A stretch of DNA of 63,551 nt, the filler included, from Atractiella rhizophila (Eukaryota), in the NCBI GenBank assembly GCA_021432655.1. It is 9 parts of 9 records of this genome, joined end to end, with 100 filler letters (N's around TTAATTAATTAA, not from the genome) between each part and the next. Parts side by side here need not be neighbours in the genome. Positions count along the whole stretch, not along the records: positions 7,349 to 14,595 come from MU272226.1; positions 14,696 to 19,774 come from MU272227.1; positions 19,875 to 27,101 come from MU272228.1; 6 more parts are not named here. One strand, given 5' to 3'. This document shows positions 12,673-24,771 of this stretch, piece after piece. The first letter of the stretch is position 1, and each line of letters begins with the position of its first letter. A program made the position numbers and the translations under genes. The notes below the pieces were generated by a model. That model was not told the origin of the DNA. It did no database searches and saw nothing but the letters and a program-made list of their open reading frames with translations.

Positions 12673-14595
12673 TCATCTCGAACTGTCTTTGAACTCGTAA
12701 TAATGCGGACTAGAGAGTTATCATGGTCAACACCCTGCCCACTGCCCACGGAAATAGACGTACGCGAGTTCTGCCAACCAATTATGATCAACGACGGTCA
12801 AATCCCGCATGAACCTCTTCGAAGTTTCCACCACTTCGTGGTAGATGACCCAATCCGTCTTCGGCTTTCGATTGAAAAGCACGCTGGATGGATGAACATG
12901 CAGGACCTATAATAAATTCAGTAAAATGACAATTTGGTGAGCAAAGTATGAAATCGTACAGCTCCTTCCTTCACAGTCCGATAGGTTCCGTCTGGCTGCA
13001 TGCGAGCAGCATTTTTGAAGTAACCGCTGACGAGACAACGGCGAATCTTCTCATGATCACCTTTCGCACTAACCAATGGAATGTCGTAGCGCTTGATATA
13101 TTTCGCCAATTGCAGACGGACGGAGATAGCACGAGAGAGGGACTTGAAGTTCAAGCGATGGGAATGGCACCATTTTGAAGATTTGCGATCTAAAGTCAAG
13201 TTGAGCCGTTGACGTGGTATAAAGGCTTGGGAGCTTACTTTTGATGAAAGCGTTGTAAACTATGTTACAGGTTAGTTTTGAAGTCCTTGGAGGAGCAAAC
13301 GGCGCACCATTCAACAGAGTTAGATGGTCTCCTTCTTCAGCAGTAAACTTCCTTCGCTCCACCTCTCCCAGCGCTCCCTCTGCTCCTTCCCCAATGTTGA
13401 ACACATTCTGCACTTGTGTCATCGCTGCAATCGTCAAAATTTCTTCTCCACATCCAAAAGCGTTCGAATCAAGGAGCTAAAAGCTCGTTCAGTTGTCAAT
13501 GCTGGATGACAGGAGGGACATACCACTTTCGCCATCATAGGTTCCATGGGGACTTCAGCCATCCTTTCCCCGAGCGGCTTCGATAACCTTCCATCCCTAC
13601 CAACAGCTCCGAGGGAAAAGAGAAACTCCAGAGCTCGAGCCAGCATTTGTGCTGGTGGTGGACTGAGCCAATCGAAACGCAGAACATTATCAATCCCAAG
13701 ATTCTTGAGAGCCAGCACTGGAGAACTGAGGTCGGATCGGCAGATTTCAGGAGTTGTGCTCTTCGATAAAGAGGATAGAGCTGATTCTGGGAAAAGACGA
13801 AAGCATTTGCCTGGTCGTGTACGACCAGCTCGTCCGGCTCGTTGTGTGAGAGACGAGAGCGAGCAAGGTACAACGGTCAGGATATCTGTAGAAGTGTGTG
13901 GATTGAAAAGTCGTTGCTAGAGCCATTAGATCAACACAACACCATACAAGACAAGTTTCCTGCTGTACCTTCACCAGACCAGAGTCAACAACATAAACAA
14001 TACCATCAATGGTCACACTGGCTTCTGCAACGTTGGTCGAAACCACTACCTTCCGTGTGCCTTTCGCACGGTCTGGCGGCTCGAAGACATACATTTGCTC
14101 CTCTGTCGAAAGTCCGGCATGCATGGGCAATGGCATCATTGTCGGATAATTCCGTGGGAGACTGACAAATACTCAGGTTCTTAAAAGGAAGTGAAGCATG
14201 TAAAGCGTACTTTGGTAAATATTCCACCAGACCTTCGCAACATCGATCAATCTCTTCCCGTCCAGTCAGAAATATCAAGATGTCACCGGGCGGTTGCTGC
14301 TCCACGCTTGAGCAGTCTGTAGTGACATTGAAGAACAGCACACCTTTAAATGAATTTCAATTACAGTCTTGATTGCCTCCTGCACGTAATCTGCGACCGA
14401 CTTCTCGAGGTACAAGATGTCGACGGGATAGACGCGACCCTGGACGCTGACCACTGAGGCTATTGGATTCTCGGTCGTCTGCTGAGCGTTGAAGTATGAG
14501 AGGAAGGAAGAGGCATCTATGGTTGCCGATGAGATTATTACGCGGAACGAAGGTCGTTGGCGAAGAATTCTAAGACAGGAAATTGTTAGCGAGTC
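12673..14595 (-). CDS. DEAH-box RNA helicase (DHX35-like), 3' part, multi-exon
   Basis: IISSAT (motif III), [51 protein letters not shown] (motif VI), HA2 and OB-fold segments ([15 protein letters not shown]). Confidence 0.88.
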
Positions 14596-14695
14596 NNNNN
14601 NNNNNNNNNNNNNNNNNNNNNNNNNNNNNNNNNNNNNNNTTAATTAATTAANNNNNNNNNNNNNNNNNNNNNNNNNNNNNNNNNNNNNNNNNNNN
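14596..14695. other. Artificial contig spacer
   Basis: 44N-TTAATTAATTAA-44N. Confidence 0.98.
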
Positions 14696-16440
14696 CGAGT
14701 GCTGATTGGCGAAAGGCTCCGAGACAGTCAACTCGTAGAAGGAATGATAGGCCGTAAAGTTGTTGAGCACCGTCACATTGTGTTGAGCAGCATAGGCTTG
14801 AACAGGTGCGAACAGGGCCTCCTCATCCTCGATGCTCGAGACGTTGGGCTTGAAAGCGGCGCCGACCATGGTGTACTGCATCTTCATGGCTAGGACAACA
14901 TCGGACCAGCCTGCATCCCTGATCGTCTGTCCCACGTAACGAATGAATACTAGACGATCGGAAAGGAGGGAGAACGGGAGTACGTACAGGTTGAATTCCC
15001 ATAAAGGCTTTCATGAGCCCTTCCCAAGTCTCCTCATCCCTCGCAATCATGACAAAGTTGTTGATAACTTCGTTCTCGAAAGCCGGGTGGGTCTTGTATA
15101 CAATCTCAGTGAGGACTCCGAATCCACCTCCTCCACCTCTGATAGCCCACCAAAGGTCTGGATGTGTGATTTCATTCACCGTCAAGTACAGACCGTTGGG
15201 AGTGACGATGTTGAACTGGAGCACCTGATCAACTCCGAGACCGTAGATGGGAGAGATGCGCGAGTGTCCTCCACCAAGCGTGAAGCCTGCGACGCCGACA
15301 CTGAATTGCGCGGTCGGCTTCAGTGACGGATTGATGGCATAAGAACAAAGGTACCTATCACACCCTCCGCCAAGCACGACGCGTCCAGCCTTATCCGCCG
15401 CCTCATAGAGCTCCATAAATTGGACTCCGGCACCCATGACGACAGCAGGTCCAACCTTCTTCAGGGAACCAGCTAGCTGGAAGTCATCTTCGAAGCGGAT
15501 ATCCTGGATACGAAGATTGAACGTGAGCAATAAGGCCGCAAAATGAAAACAGGCATCGGCCAAGAAGGGAGCGAGAACACACCTTGAGCTTGTGCACCGA
15601 GATGCCAAATGCACCCTATTATTCGATTGCATGCAATCAATGTCTTTTTCGCAGGGATATATAAAACTCAAAAGAGCAATATACCTTTCCTGCCGAAGCA
15701 CCATACAATGAATGGCCTGCTCTTCCGTCAGTGTGTGTCCGTCCAGGAGGGAGAGGAGGACAGACCAGTAGATTTGACCCTCACGTTGAGGTTGTGCTTG
15801 CTCGCAAACGCCAAAGATTTGATAACATCTTCTGCGCTTGCTACCTCCGCCATGAGAGGAGGGATCTTTCCCAACTTACATGGCGCCTCTTTCGGGGTAT
15901 GAGGTGTGCAGAGGTCATCTCCATATCCGTAGTCAGCTATAGAGTGTTGATAAGCATGGAAGCTCAAAGAACGAAAAGGGAGGTACCTCCACCAGGGTAT
16001 CCGCCAGCTTGCACTGTTTTCCACTCGCTCACGTCCCAGTTAGCTTTCGCCTCCGCACATTTCTCCTCATCGTAAATGTCCCCATGGCAAAACCTTGCAG
16101 GAGGGAGAGACTCGATGATTCTTCCACTGAGGCTCGCGTCGAGTGCCTATTCTCCACCGAGGTGCCAAACCGCGACAGGCGCATGAAAGTCAGAATTAGG
16201 TCTCAAAATCGCTGCAAAGGCGATGACAAGCAGAAAGGGAAGAAAACGCACTTCCCACTCAGGTTTCGAAGGCCAACACTCTTCTCCATAGGAACAAGCA
16301 CCGTGGTCCCCAGCACGAGCTATGCGGAAGGAAGCGTCGATGCCCTCTTCTGACCCTGCGAAGAACGGCTTCTGCGCGTGTGCATCGCTGGCTAGCGTTG
16401 CTTTTGGAAGAAGATAGAGCAATGGAATGAGGGACAACAT
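14696..16440 (-). CDS. Secreted FAD-binding oxidoreductase (BBE-like / FAD_binding_4), 3' truncated
   Basis: Signal peptide MLSLIPLLYLLPKATLA; CWPS; NLNVRVKSTG(H); GAGVQFMELY; VGVAGFTLGGGHSRISPIYGLGVDQVL; HPDLWWAIRGGGG. Confidence 0.9.
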
Positions 16441-16660
16441 TTTGGGGAAGAAGCAGGAGGGCAGCTGCCTTTTATACCTGCAACAAATGTGCCTGTCAAA
16501 CGTTGCTACACGCTTTAGTGACTTTTTGGTTCCGTGACGCGACCCTACTCGGTTCCCATCGGTGATCGAGTAGTTAGGGTTCGTTCCCTCACCAAAAATT
16601 TCGATTTTCCACCAACCCTTATCACCTTTTGTCGCCCTTTTCCTCATCAGCTCGTGCGCC

Positions 16661-18691
16661 ATGGTCACGGCTTCGACAGCTACGCGCAAATCTCCAAGAA
16701 AAGCGAGCACTTCAGGTCCCTCCAAAGCTCCCGCGCCGAAGAAAAAAAATACGAATGGGAATGGGAAAGTATCGGAGTCCAGTGTCGATTCGGAAACATC
16801 GACTGTCCTGGTCTACAACTCAGATGACGATACAACGTATGATGCTTCCCGGCCAAGGAAGATAAAGATCGTTGAACCACCACCAGCTGAGAAAGAGGGG
16901 ATCGACGCCGTCGCCAAAGCTCAGAAGAGGGGCAAGGTCGATGTAGCGACCATTCCAGCGTCGAAGGAGACGAAAGCACCAGTGAAGCCTAGCTTGGTGA
17001 AGAAACACGATTCGAGGAACCCCTTTCCTGCCCACAGTTGGATCTCCTCGAGCTCGAATCAGGTGATACCGCTCGATGGACATGAAGGAGAGTTGAATTT
17101 TAAGGCTGGATTTGAGAGTCCGAGTGTCAGCGACAGAGAAGATAGTAGCGATGAGGAGGATGAGGAAGGTGCTGAGAAATTTGGAGGTGTTGAGAGTTTA
17201 GGAGAGTTGACTAAGAATCCCAAGGTTAGGATTGCATTGGAGAAAGATAGGGCTAAGAAGGTGTGTGTTTTTATTATCTGACGGACACTTCGTATTGCGT
17301 GCCACGAAGAGAATCGCTTTAACGCGTTCCTGAAAATGTGTCGTTTTGATTGCTCTTGTTGACTTGACCTATTGATCCCGCTGCCAGATCGATGACTTGG
17401 GTAGGCGTTCCGCAAGGACGAGACATGACCCCTTCCAATTCACTCCACCTTTTTGCTAACCTACAAAAGGTGGAGGGGAAACGGGAGGGAAGAATATTCT
17501 AAAAGACCTGTTTCAATGCCCCTTTCGTACTTACGAGGAGTGTTCCCTAAAAGCTTTTGACATCCCAACCTTCCTTCCTTTCTCCACTTCGTGACTCATG
17601 ACAAAGAAACAGAAACTGACTTGGAGTTGCGGCTGGATAGGCACATCAACGTGGTGTAATATACATTGGTCGTCTCCCACGCGGATTCGAAGAAGGCGCG
17701 CTCAAAGAATACTTCAATCAATTCGGCAAAGTCCTTCGTGTTCGGGTATCGCGAAACAAGAGGACAGGGTCATCGAAACACTATGCTTTCCTTGAGTTTG
17801 CATCGTCGGGAGTGGCAGAGATAGCGGCGGAGACGATGGACAACTACCTCCTTTGTGGTCATCTGCTTCAGTGCAAGATGGTCCCAAAGGAGGACGTGCA
17901 TCCGGATCTGTGGAAAGGAACGAGGAAGTTTAGAGTCACGAAAGCATATGAGGTCGCGGCGAGACATAATGCTGTTCGTCTTCCTTTACCCTTCTTGTAT
18001 GCCCTGATTCTAATTTGATCAATCGGTCCAGAAAAAGTCATTAGCTAAGAAACGAGGGATTTCGAAGCGTCTGCTCGATCGACAGGAGAAAAAGCGAGCG
18101 GACCTAGCTGCCCAAGGGATAGAGTACACCTTTGATGGCTACAAGCCTGGTGAAGCTTTGGTCGAGGAACCAGAGGAAGAGAAGGAGTGGGCAGGACCTG
18201 TGACGAGGAGTAGGGCGATGAGCCCGGCAAAAAGGAGATTGGAGGGTGTAGATGAAGAGGCAGAAGGCTCGGAAAAGAAGAAACAGAAATCAGATGTTGT
18301 CAATCCTTCGGCAGAAGCACCCGTGGATGTCGAACCGGCACCCGAGGCTGAAGCTACCGCAGTGGATGGAAAGAAGAAGAAGCAGACGAAGAAAGGGAAG
18401 AAGGATGAACCTGTGGCTGCCGCTCCAGCTTCGACAACGGCGGAGCTTGCACCAGCAGCCAATGAAGAAGCGGCAGCAGCAGAGGAGCCGAAGAACAAGA
18501 GGCGGAAGAGTGCTGCTGCTGAGGACGGAGCGACGAAAGAGGGGAAGACAAAGAAGCGGAGAGCTAGCACGGCGGGGAATGAGCTGAAAGAGTCAACTTC
18601 GACAAAAACGGTGCGTTTGTTTTCAGCCAGGCAGATAAAGCTGACGCAGCGAGTTCAGCCAAAGAAGGCGAGAAAGTCGAAAGAGGCATAG
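16661..18691 (+). CDS. NOP15: Nucleolar RRM protein, Nop15/NIFK-like (60S biogenesis), multi-exon
   Basis: GVIYIGRLPRGFEE...YFNQFGKVLRVRVSRNKRTGSSKHYAFLEF...IAAETMDNYLLCGHLLQCKMVPKEDVHPDLWKG, with K/E-rich low-complexity flanks. Confidence 0.88.
17429..17565 (+). ncRNA. Candidate intronic box H/ACA snoRNA in NOP15 intron (17261-17640)
   Basis: Hairpin with a perfect CTCCACCTTTT/AAAAGGTGGAG stem, H box AGAATA (17491-17496), second hairpin, ACA (17560-17562). Both pockets lie 15 nt from their boxes. Confidence 0.7.
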
Positions 18692-19241
18692 CTTAAAGTG
18701 AGGATACCAGATTCTTAGGCAACGGGGGCATTGTCAGCATGTATGTTTATTATCGCTTGCTTGTCATTAAGTGCGATGGAGGAGGAATGGTATCTCGCCT
18801 ACATACGGAACTGAAAGCACGAAAAGTCAGATCAATAAGAACTAAGTGGACGACAAAGGAATATGATGTGAATCACAACGAGAGAACAAAACTGCCCAAC
18901 ACCAAACAAGCATGAGAAAGAGCAAAGGGAGAGAAGAGAGAGACGATAAAATGGCCAATAAGATTACAACGCTTGCCTCCTAATGAAGTCCTCTGGTGAG
19001 ACTTTTTTTTGCCAAAACAGTAAACAGTGGAGTAATGTATAACCAAGAAAGACGAAAGTCTCACGACTCTAGCGTGCCTGACGAAGAATCAAGCGGTATT
19101 AATACCGAAAAAGAAGTGCAGATATCTTGATGGATGAACGCGACAGTGACTATGAAACTGAACCGATCACAGCTCAACCCTTCATGCATCCCAAAAAAAG
19201 GAAATTCGGTACAAGGAATGAAACGCCGCATTGGCAGGCAG

Positions 19242-19774
19242 TTATGATGGCAATCTAAGTGCGCGTAAGAGGATAGCGTCCATCCGCTGTGACAAGACCG
19301 TCAGTAAGGTGGGAAAGGGACAAGCAAGTCTGAACATACAGCATTCAACTCGTCGAGAGTATTGGAGACTCCCTGTAACATTTGCCGTGTCTCCTGCGAA
19401 ACACCAGTGCTCTCCAAGCTGCGTCCGAAGAGTATTTCCGCTCCCACCGGCGGCGCAGGCTGTTGAACTACCCTCGGAGGACCTGCTTCGGCCTGTATAA
19501 GATCCAGCATAACCTTCAAGTTGTTATCTTCTCGATAGACGACATTAGGACGCTGCGACATGCTGCTGGTGTTGCGCATATCCGGAGAGGTGAAGCTTGT
19601 TGTGGTGGTAAGAGGAGTGCTTGGAGTAGGGCTGATAGCCGATCGATCTGAAGAGACCGAGTTTTGGCGAGAGTGCTGGGAGCGCGACTTGACAATTTGG
19701 CGGGCCAGAGGCTCTTCCACCGCTCGTAAACGGTTGGACGGAGAGACGGCGCCATTTGTCTTTCCTTGCTGTCC
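19242..19774 (-). CDS. Hypothetical protein, 3' end (S/T-rich, short C-terminal helical segment)
   Basis: Open frame from contig edge, one GT-AG intron near 19288-19339, then RMDAILLRALRLPS*. Confidence 0.5.
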
Positions 19775-19874
19775 NNNNNNNNNNNNNNNNNNNNNNNNNN
19801 NNNNNNNNNNNNNNNNNNTTAATTAATTAANNNNNNNNNNNNNNNNNNNNNNNNNNNNNNNNNNNNNNNNNNNN
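19775..19874. other. Artificial contig spacer
   Basis: 44N-TTAATTAATTAA-44N. Confidence 0.98.
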
Positions 19875-20878
19875 AGGCAACTCTTCTGCCTGGGATACTG
19901 GTGTCGTTGGGACTTCGATGCTTTTGAGTGAAGGGGAAGGAGGTCCCTGGTCGCTCTCTTTATCGGATTGGGATATTGATGGCGGTCTGAATGATGAGGG
20001 TGACGTGCATGAGTCGTCGCAGATTGACTCCGGAGGAACTGTAATTGCTTCCGCCGTCGCACTTTCCTCTTCCGGAACAATGCGACGCGGGCTTCCGACC
20101 GCCTCGAATCTTGATGAGATTGCAGCAGTAGAGGCTGGAGGGGTTGGAGAAAGCGTGACTTTGCGTCGAAAAGGCGATGAGAACAGATACGAGATCTTGA
20201 TGAGAAGCGAAGCGGAAGTAGGGAATGATGGGAGCGATGTAGGCCGCGGTCGTCCACCAGATGAGAGTGGTGGACGGGTGCGAACGAGCACCGTATTCGA
20301 GGGAGTAGGTGGTGGAGGCGCTGGGGTGTTGTCAGAGGCGGGGAGATCGAAAGACACAGTCTTTTGCTGCTTAACTGAAGTTGCTTGATCATCCTCCCTA
20401 GTAGTTGGAAACGGAACAAAGTTCGTTGCTTCTAACGGCGATGCAGGAGGAGTTGAGACTCCAATCGACCCAGTAGTATCCTCTTCCTCCGGTTCTGCAA
20501 CTAAGGAACTCTCACTGAGAATGTGCGCTGATCTAGTTACGATCTCGCTATCACTGAGAGCTCTTCTATGAGCCACCCTTTCCTCGGTGACAACATCCAA
20601 AGTTTTGCTACGTCCTGGCGTTGTAGTGCTGCTCGAGCCCGACGATTCAGAGTTGTTCCACTTCCCATCCTGATCAAGGCCAGGCCAGAAACTGTCGAGG
20701 AGATCGGCAACATAATTGAGGAAATCGAACAACATATCAGAGAGAAAGACTATCACCTCGGCGGCAGAATCACGTAAGTAAGAAGCGAAAGTGCTCTCCA
20801 GGACGCTGAAGCTCTTCTAGGTGGGGGCGTAGGGGGGACTGCCGCGTCGGTAGGGGACTGAGAATCAAAAGTTGACAT
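19875..20878 (-). CDS. Hypothetical S/P/T-rich protein with N-terminal hydrophobic segment, 3' truncated
   Basis: Long ORF 19875-20756 plus upstream MSTFDSQ frame; the two are offset by one base near 20765. Confidence 0.55.
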
Positions 20879-21591
20879 TTTTATAGGTTGTATAGGGAAT
20901 CCGATTCGAATTGGGCGAAGGCGTGAAAAAAAAACAGATAGAGTCGTTAACAAATGGGTATCATGAGGACTCGTGCGAAATCGTTTGCATCTATGTATGT
21001 TAAGAGGGTGTTTGGTCGTTTTTGGACAGCCAGGTCGATCTTATCTCGCTCGCCAGAAAAACTTTCTGAAGGTTCCTAAAGAAGGGTCGGGATTTTATGA
21101 CTCAAGTCCTCAACCTAGCCAGCCTAGCCGCTCACTGCCACAACACAATATTGGAACATTTGTTGCAATAGCAGGTCAGATGCAAGAAGTGATCATCCAG
21201 AGATTCTGTTTACCAGGTCAGGCTGCAGTCTATTTGGTTGGACATGGGCTTGTCAGTTGAGTTGCTCCAGCGACTTCAAGCAGATTCAAGTGCTTTGGCT
21301 CTGTTTGCTGTCCACATCCCTCACCGACGCCGCTTCATAAGGCATTCACTTGTATCCAGGGAAATGACCATATTTGCGCCAGGGTTGAATTTGTCGGGTT
21401 GATCTCTCTTCCCAGTGTGCAAACGCAGACTGCTCCTTGCAAATATTTGACAATCATCATGCAGCCAACTCCGAGTGAAGTGACCTCGAATGTTTTCAGC
21501 ATAGAGAGCATGACTAGAACTCTAGCATTCACAGCAGAATGAGGTTGGTAGTACAGTGATAAGATGATTATAAGGCTGTCTGCTCTATAAA

Positions 21592-24378
21592 CTAATTTTG
21601 AGTGGAAAGGATTTTATGAAACGACTCAGCCGAAATGTCAACGTTGCCAATCCGTTTCAACCGCTTCTTTCCTTCCTTTTGCTTGTTGAGCACTTTCGCC
21701 TATGAGGATGTTTTGTTAGATAGTAGCCAAAAAACGGAATGGAACTAACGAACCTTTCGGTCGTAATGTCCACCACCAACGCCTAATGTGACATCCTTCC
21801 TCATAGCCGCCAGCCTTGCATTCATCAGCTTAAACGTCTGACGAGAATTCGCAGCTGGGAAAGGCTTACCGCTCCTTGCTCACTATCTTACCTCTGAAAG
21901 CAGCCTGAATCACAACCTCGTACTGCTGCCTATCCACCATCTTCCTCATCCTTTCCGTCCATCTCTTCCCCTCCCTCTCAGCTTCAAGCTTGTGACACAC
22001 GCTGGTCAACTCGTCCACCTTCCGTCCATTCACTAAGATTTCTAATCGCCCGAGGTCTGAAGTTTCCCATCCAGCTTCTTCGTAGTCGAACGACGCGAAA
22101 CCCGAAGTTAAGGATTTAAGTGTAGAGTGAAAGGTGGTGACAATGGAGGAGAGAGGGAGAGTGCTGATTATTTGAAGAAGATCGGTATTGGAAAGGGAAG
22201 CTGATGACGAAGTAGACAGGTAGGAGTAGTCCAGAGTTGTACAACGATTTGCCTATGAGACAATGGTTGAGACCCGGAACTGACAAGACAAACTTACACG
22301 TAGAAGTTCCATTACAACACCTAAGTAATTGTCTGGGACATTGATCGTCGCTTTGATGAGCGGCTCAAAAATTTCCATCTTCATTTGTCGAATATCGAAA
22401 AGGTCCGGAAACTCCAGCGCAGATTGTATGGTCTTTTCCTCTCCATCCTTCGACACAACTTGTCGTGAAATCAACTCGCAGTGCTAAACAGAGACCTGAA
22501 AAGCACTTACGCTTGAGGGGGACAAACGGACGAGTAATTATCACCTCAGCATTATACTCATCTTCCAGTCTCTGTCGAAACACATCGTTATGCAAGCTCC
22601 CGAGGAAGCCAAGCCGAAATCCAAGTCCCAAGGCTGCAGAGCTCTCCTTCTGAACGGAAACGCTACGATCATTCAACGTCAACTAGGGAGATCTATCAAT
22701 TTCGCGCACAACGAGGATGGCGGGGGCACACGCACACGTTTAATGCTTTCTTCGAGCTTTGGAAACTCGGAAGCGTCCATTGGGTACACCCCAGAGTAAA
22801 TCATGGGCTTCATGGCCTGCAGCTTCTGAATTGGCGGCACTGGTTTTCCGACGTGATAGAAAGTATCACCAAGGATGGATTCCATTGAGTCCTTCATATT
22901 GCAGGTGATGTATCCCACTTGCCCGGTCGACAAGCCTGTGGATAAAGGCACCTCGTCTGGGTGAAGGAACCCTACTTCGTTCACTTCGTACTTCTTCCCA
23001 AGGTGTGCCGACATGATCGTATCACCTTGTCTCTCATTAGAACAACGTAAGACAAGTATAGAAAGGAAGAATGTACCTTTTTGAAGCCTGCCACCGATGA
23101 TGGCGACCAAGCTGACAACTCCACGGTAGGCATCAAACCAGCTGTCAAATACCAAAGCTCTCAAGTCTCCCGATGAATCTCCATCCACTGATGTCTCGCC
23201 ATGTTCCCCAAGTGGTGGAGGAATGTGATCCACAATGGCATCCAAAACGCTCTCCACGTTCAGTCCCGTCTTTGCGCTTATNNNNNNNNNNNNNNNNNNN
23301 NNNNNNNNNNNNNNNNNNNNNNNNNNNNNNNNNNNNNNNNNNNNNNNNNNNNNNNNNNNNNNNNNNNNNNNNNNNNNNNNNNNNNNNNNNNNNNNNNNNN
23401 NNNNNNNNNNNNNNNNNNNNNNNNNNNNNNNNNNNNNNNNNNNNNNNNNNNNNNNNNNNNNNNNNNNNNNNNNNNNNNNNNNNNNNNNNNNNNNNNNNNN
23501 NNNNNNNNNNNNNNNNNNNNNNNNNNNNNNNNNNNNNNNNNNNNNNNNNNNNNNNNNNNNNNNNNNNNNNNNNNNNNNNNNNNNNNNNNNNNNNNNNNNN
23601 NNNNNNNNNNNNNNNNNNNNNNNNNNNNNNNNNNNNNNNNNNNNNNNNNNNNNNNNNNNNNNNNNNNNNNNNNNNNNNNNNNNNNNNNNNNNNNNNNNNN
23701 NNNNNNNNNNNNNNNNNNNNNNNNNNNNNNNNNNNNNNNNNNNNNNNNNNNNNNNNNNNNNNNNNNNNNNNNNNNNNNNNNNNNNNNNNNNNNNNNNNNN
23801 NNNNNNNNNNNNNNNNNNNNNNNNNNNNNNNNNNNNNNNNNNNNNNNNNNNNNNNNNNNNNNNNNNNNNNNNNNNNNNNNNNNNNNNNNNNNNNNNNNNN
23901 NNNNNNATCACCTAGCTGTTTGAGCCTTCACAGTAATGCCTCTCTCCCTCTCCACCTTCAACTTATCCAACACTTGCTTGTTTGCTACCTTCTCTCCCGT
24001 TTCATCCTCTTCGTACTTCTCAATCGTTCCTGTGAGTTCTAATAATCGATCCGCAAGCTGTCCTTCTTCGAATCAGGGTACGCCTGTTACGGATGGCAAA
24101 AGGGCGAACAGTAGATTTTCCATGATCTATATGCGCAATTATAGCGAAGTTTCGTATTCGAGATCGAGGAAAGGAAGAAATATCGGATACCTAACACATG
24201 GTCCAATAAGCAGGTAAATCAAGTTGAGAGAGTTAAGTCAGCATACCTTAGGCTTCACTACCACCTTGCTACTGCTATCTCGCGACTGGAACTTTGCAAA
24301 TGAAAAAGAAAGCAAAGGACCAGGAGCCCTCCTCGAACTGTAACTAGCAATACATGACCCTCGACGCCAAATATTCAT
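21592..24378 (-). CDS. GUF1: Mitochondrial translation factor GUF1 (LepA/EF-4), multi-exon, interrupted by N gap
   Basis: [12 protein letters not shown]...[79 protein letters not shown]. Confidence 0.95.
23282..23906. other. Intra-scaffold assembly gap (625 N) inside GUF1
   Basis: N run without the TTAA linker; GUF1 sequence is collinear on both sides. Confidence 0.95.
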
Positions 24379-24771
24379 CGAGGACACCTGTACACTAGCG
24401 ACCTTGTGACCCAACAGCTGACCCTTTCTTTATTCGAACCAACAGCGTGCAATGTCCTTAAAACGGACCTTACTACTGTCTCTTGCAACTTCCTTTCCCG
24501 CAATGTCAATGGCACGGTTGAAAATGAGGGCAAATTGACACGTGACACGTTTCCGGTTTGTTGGACGGACGTCCTTACAACCAGTGAACCGTTCTGGGGC
24601 ACCGCCGGAGGAGGCAGAGAAGGTGTTCAGCTATTATTTTGAGGCGCTCCGTCTACTGCAGGACGCCAAGTTTGCATGTTAACGGACATACATTTTTAAA
24701 GTGGTATAAAACAACACAGAAAGTTTCGGACAGTGCCGAAGGCGAACATGCAATTATTATTACTGCTAAAA

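Noticed and set aside
17490..17565. snR30/U17 identity for the intronic RNA (ATATTCT resembles motif m1)
   Set aside because: No AAACCA m2 motif, and the m1-like bases overlap the H box.
22679..24042. Long ORFs of X residues spanning the N gap
   Set aside because: Artefacts of translating Ns.
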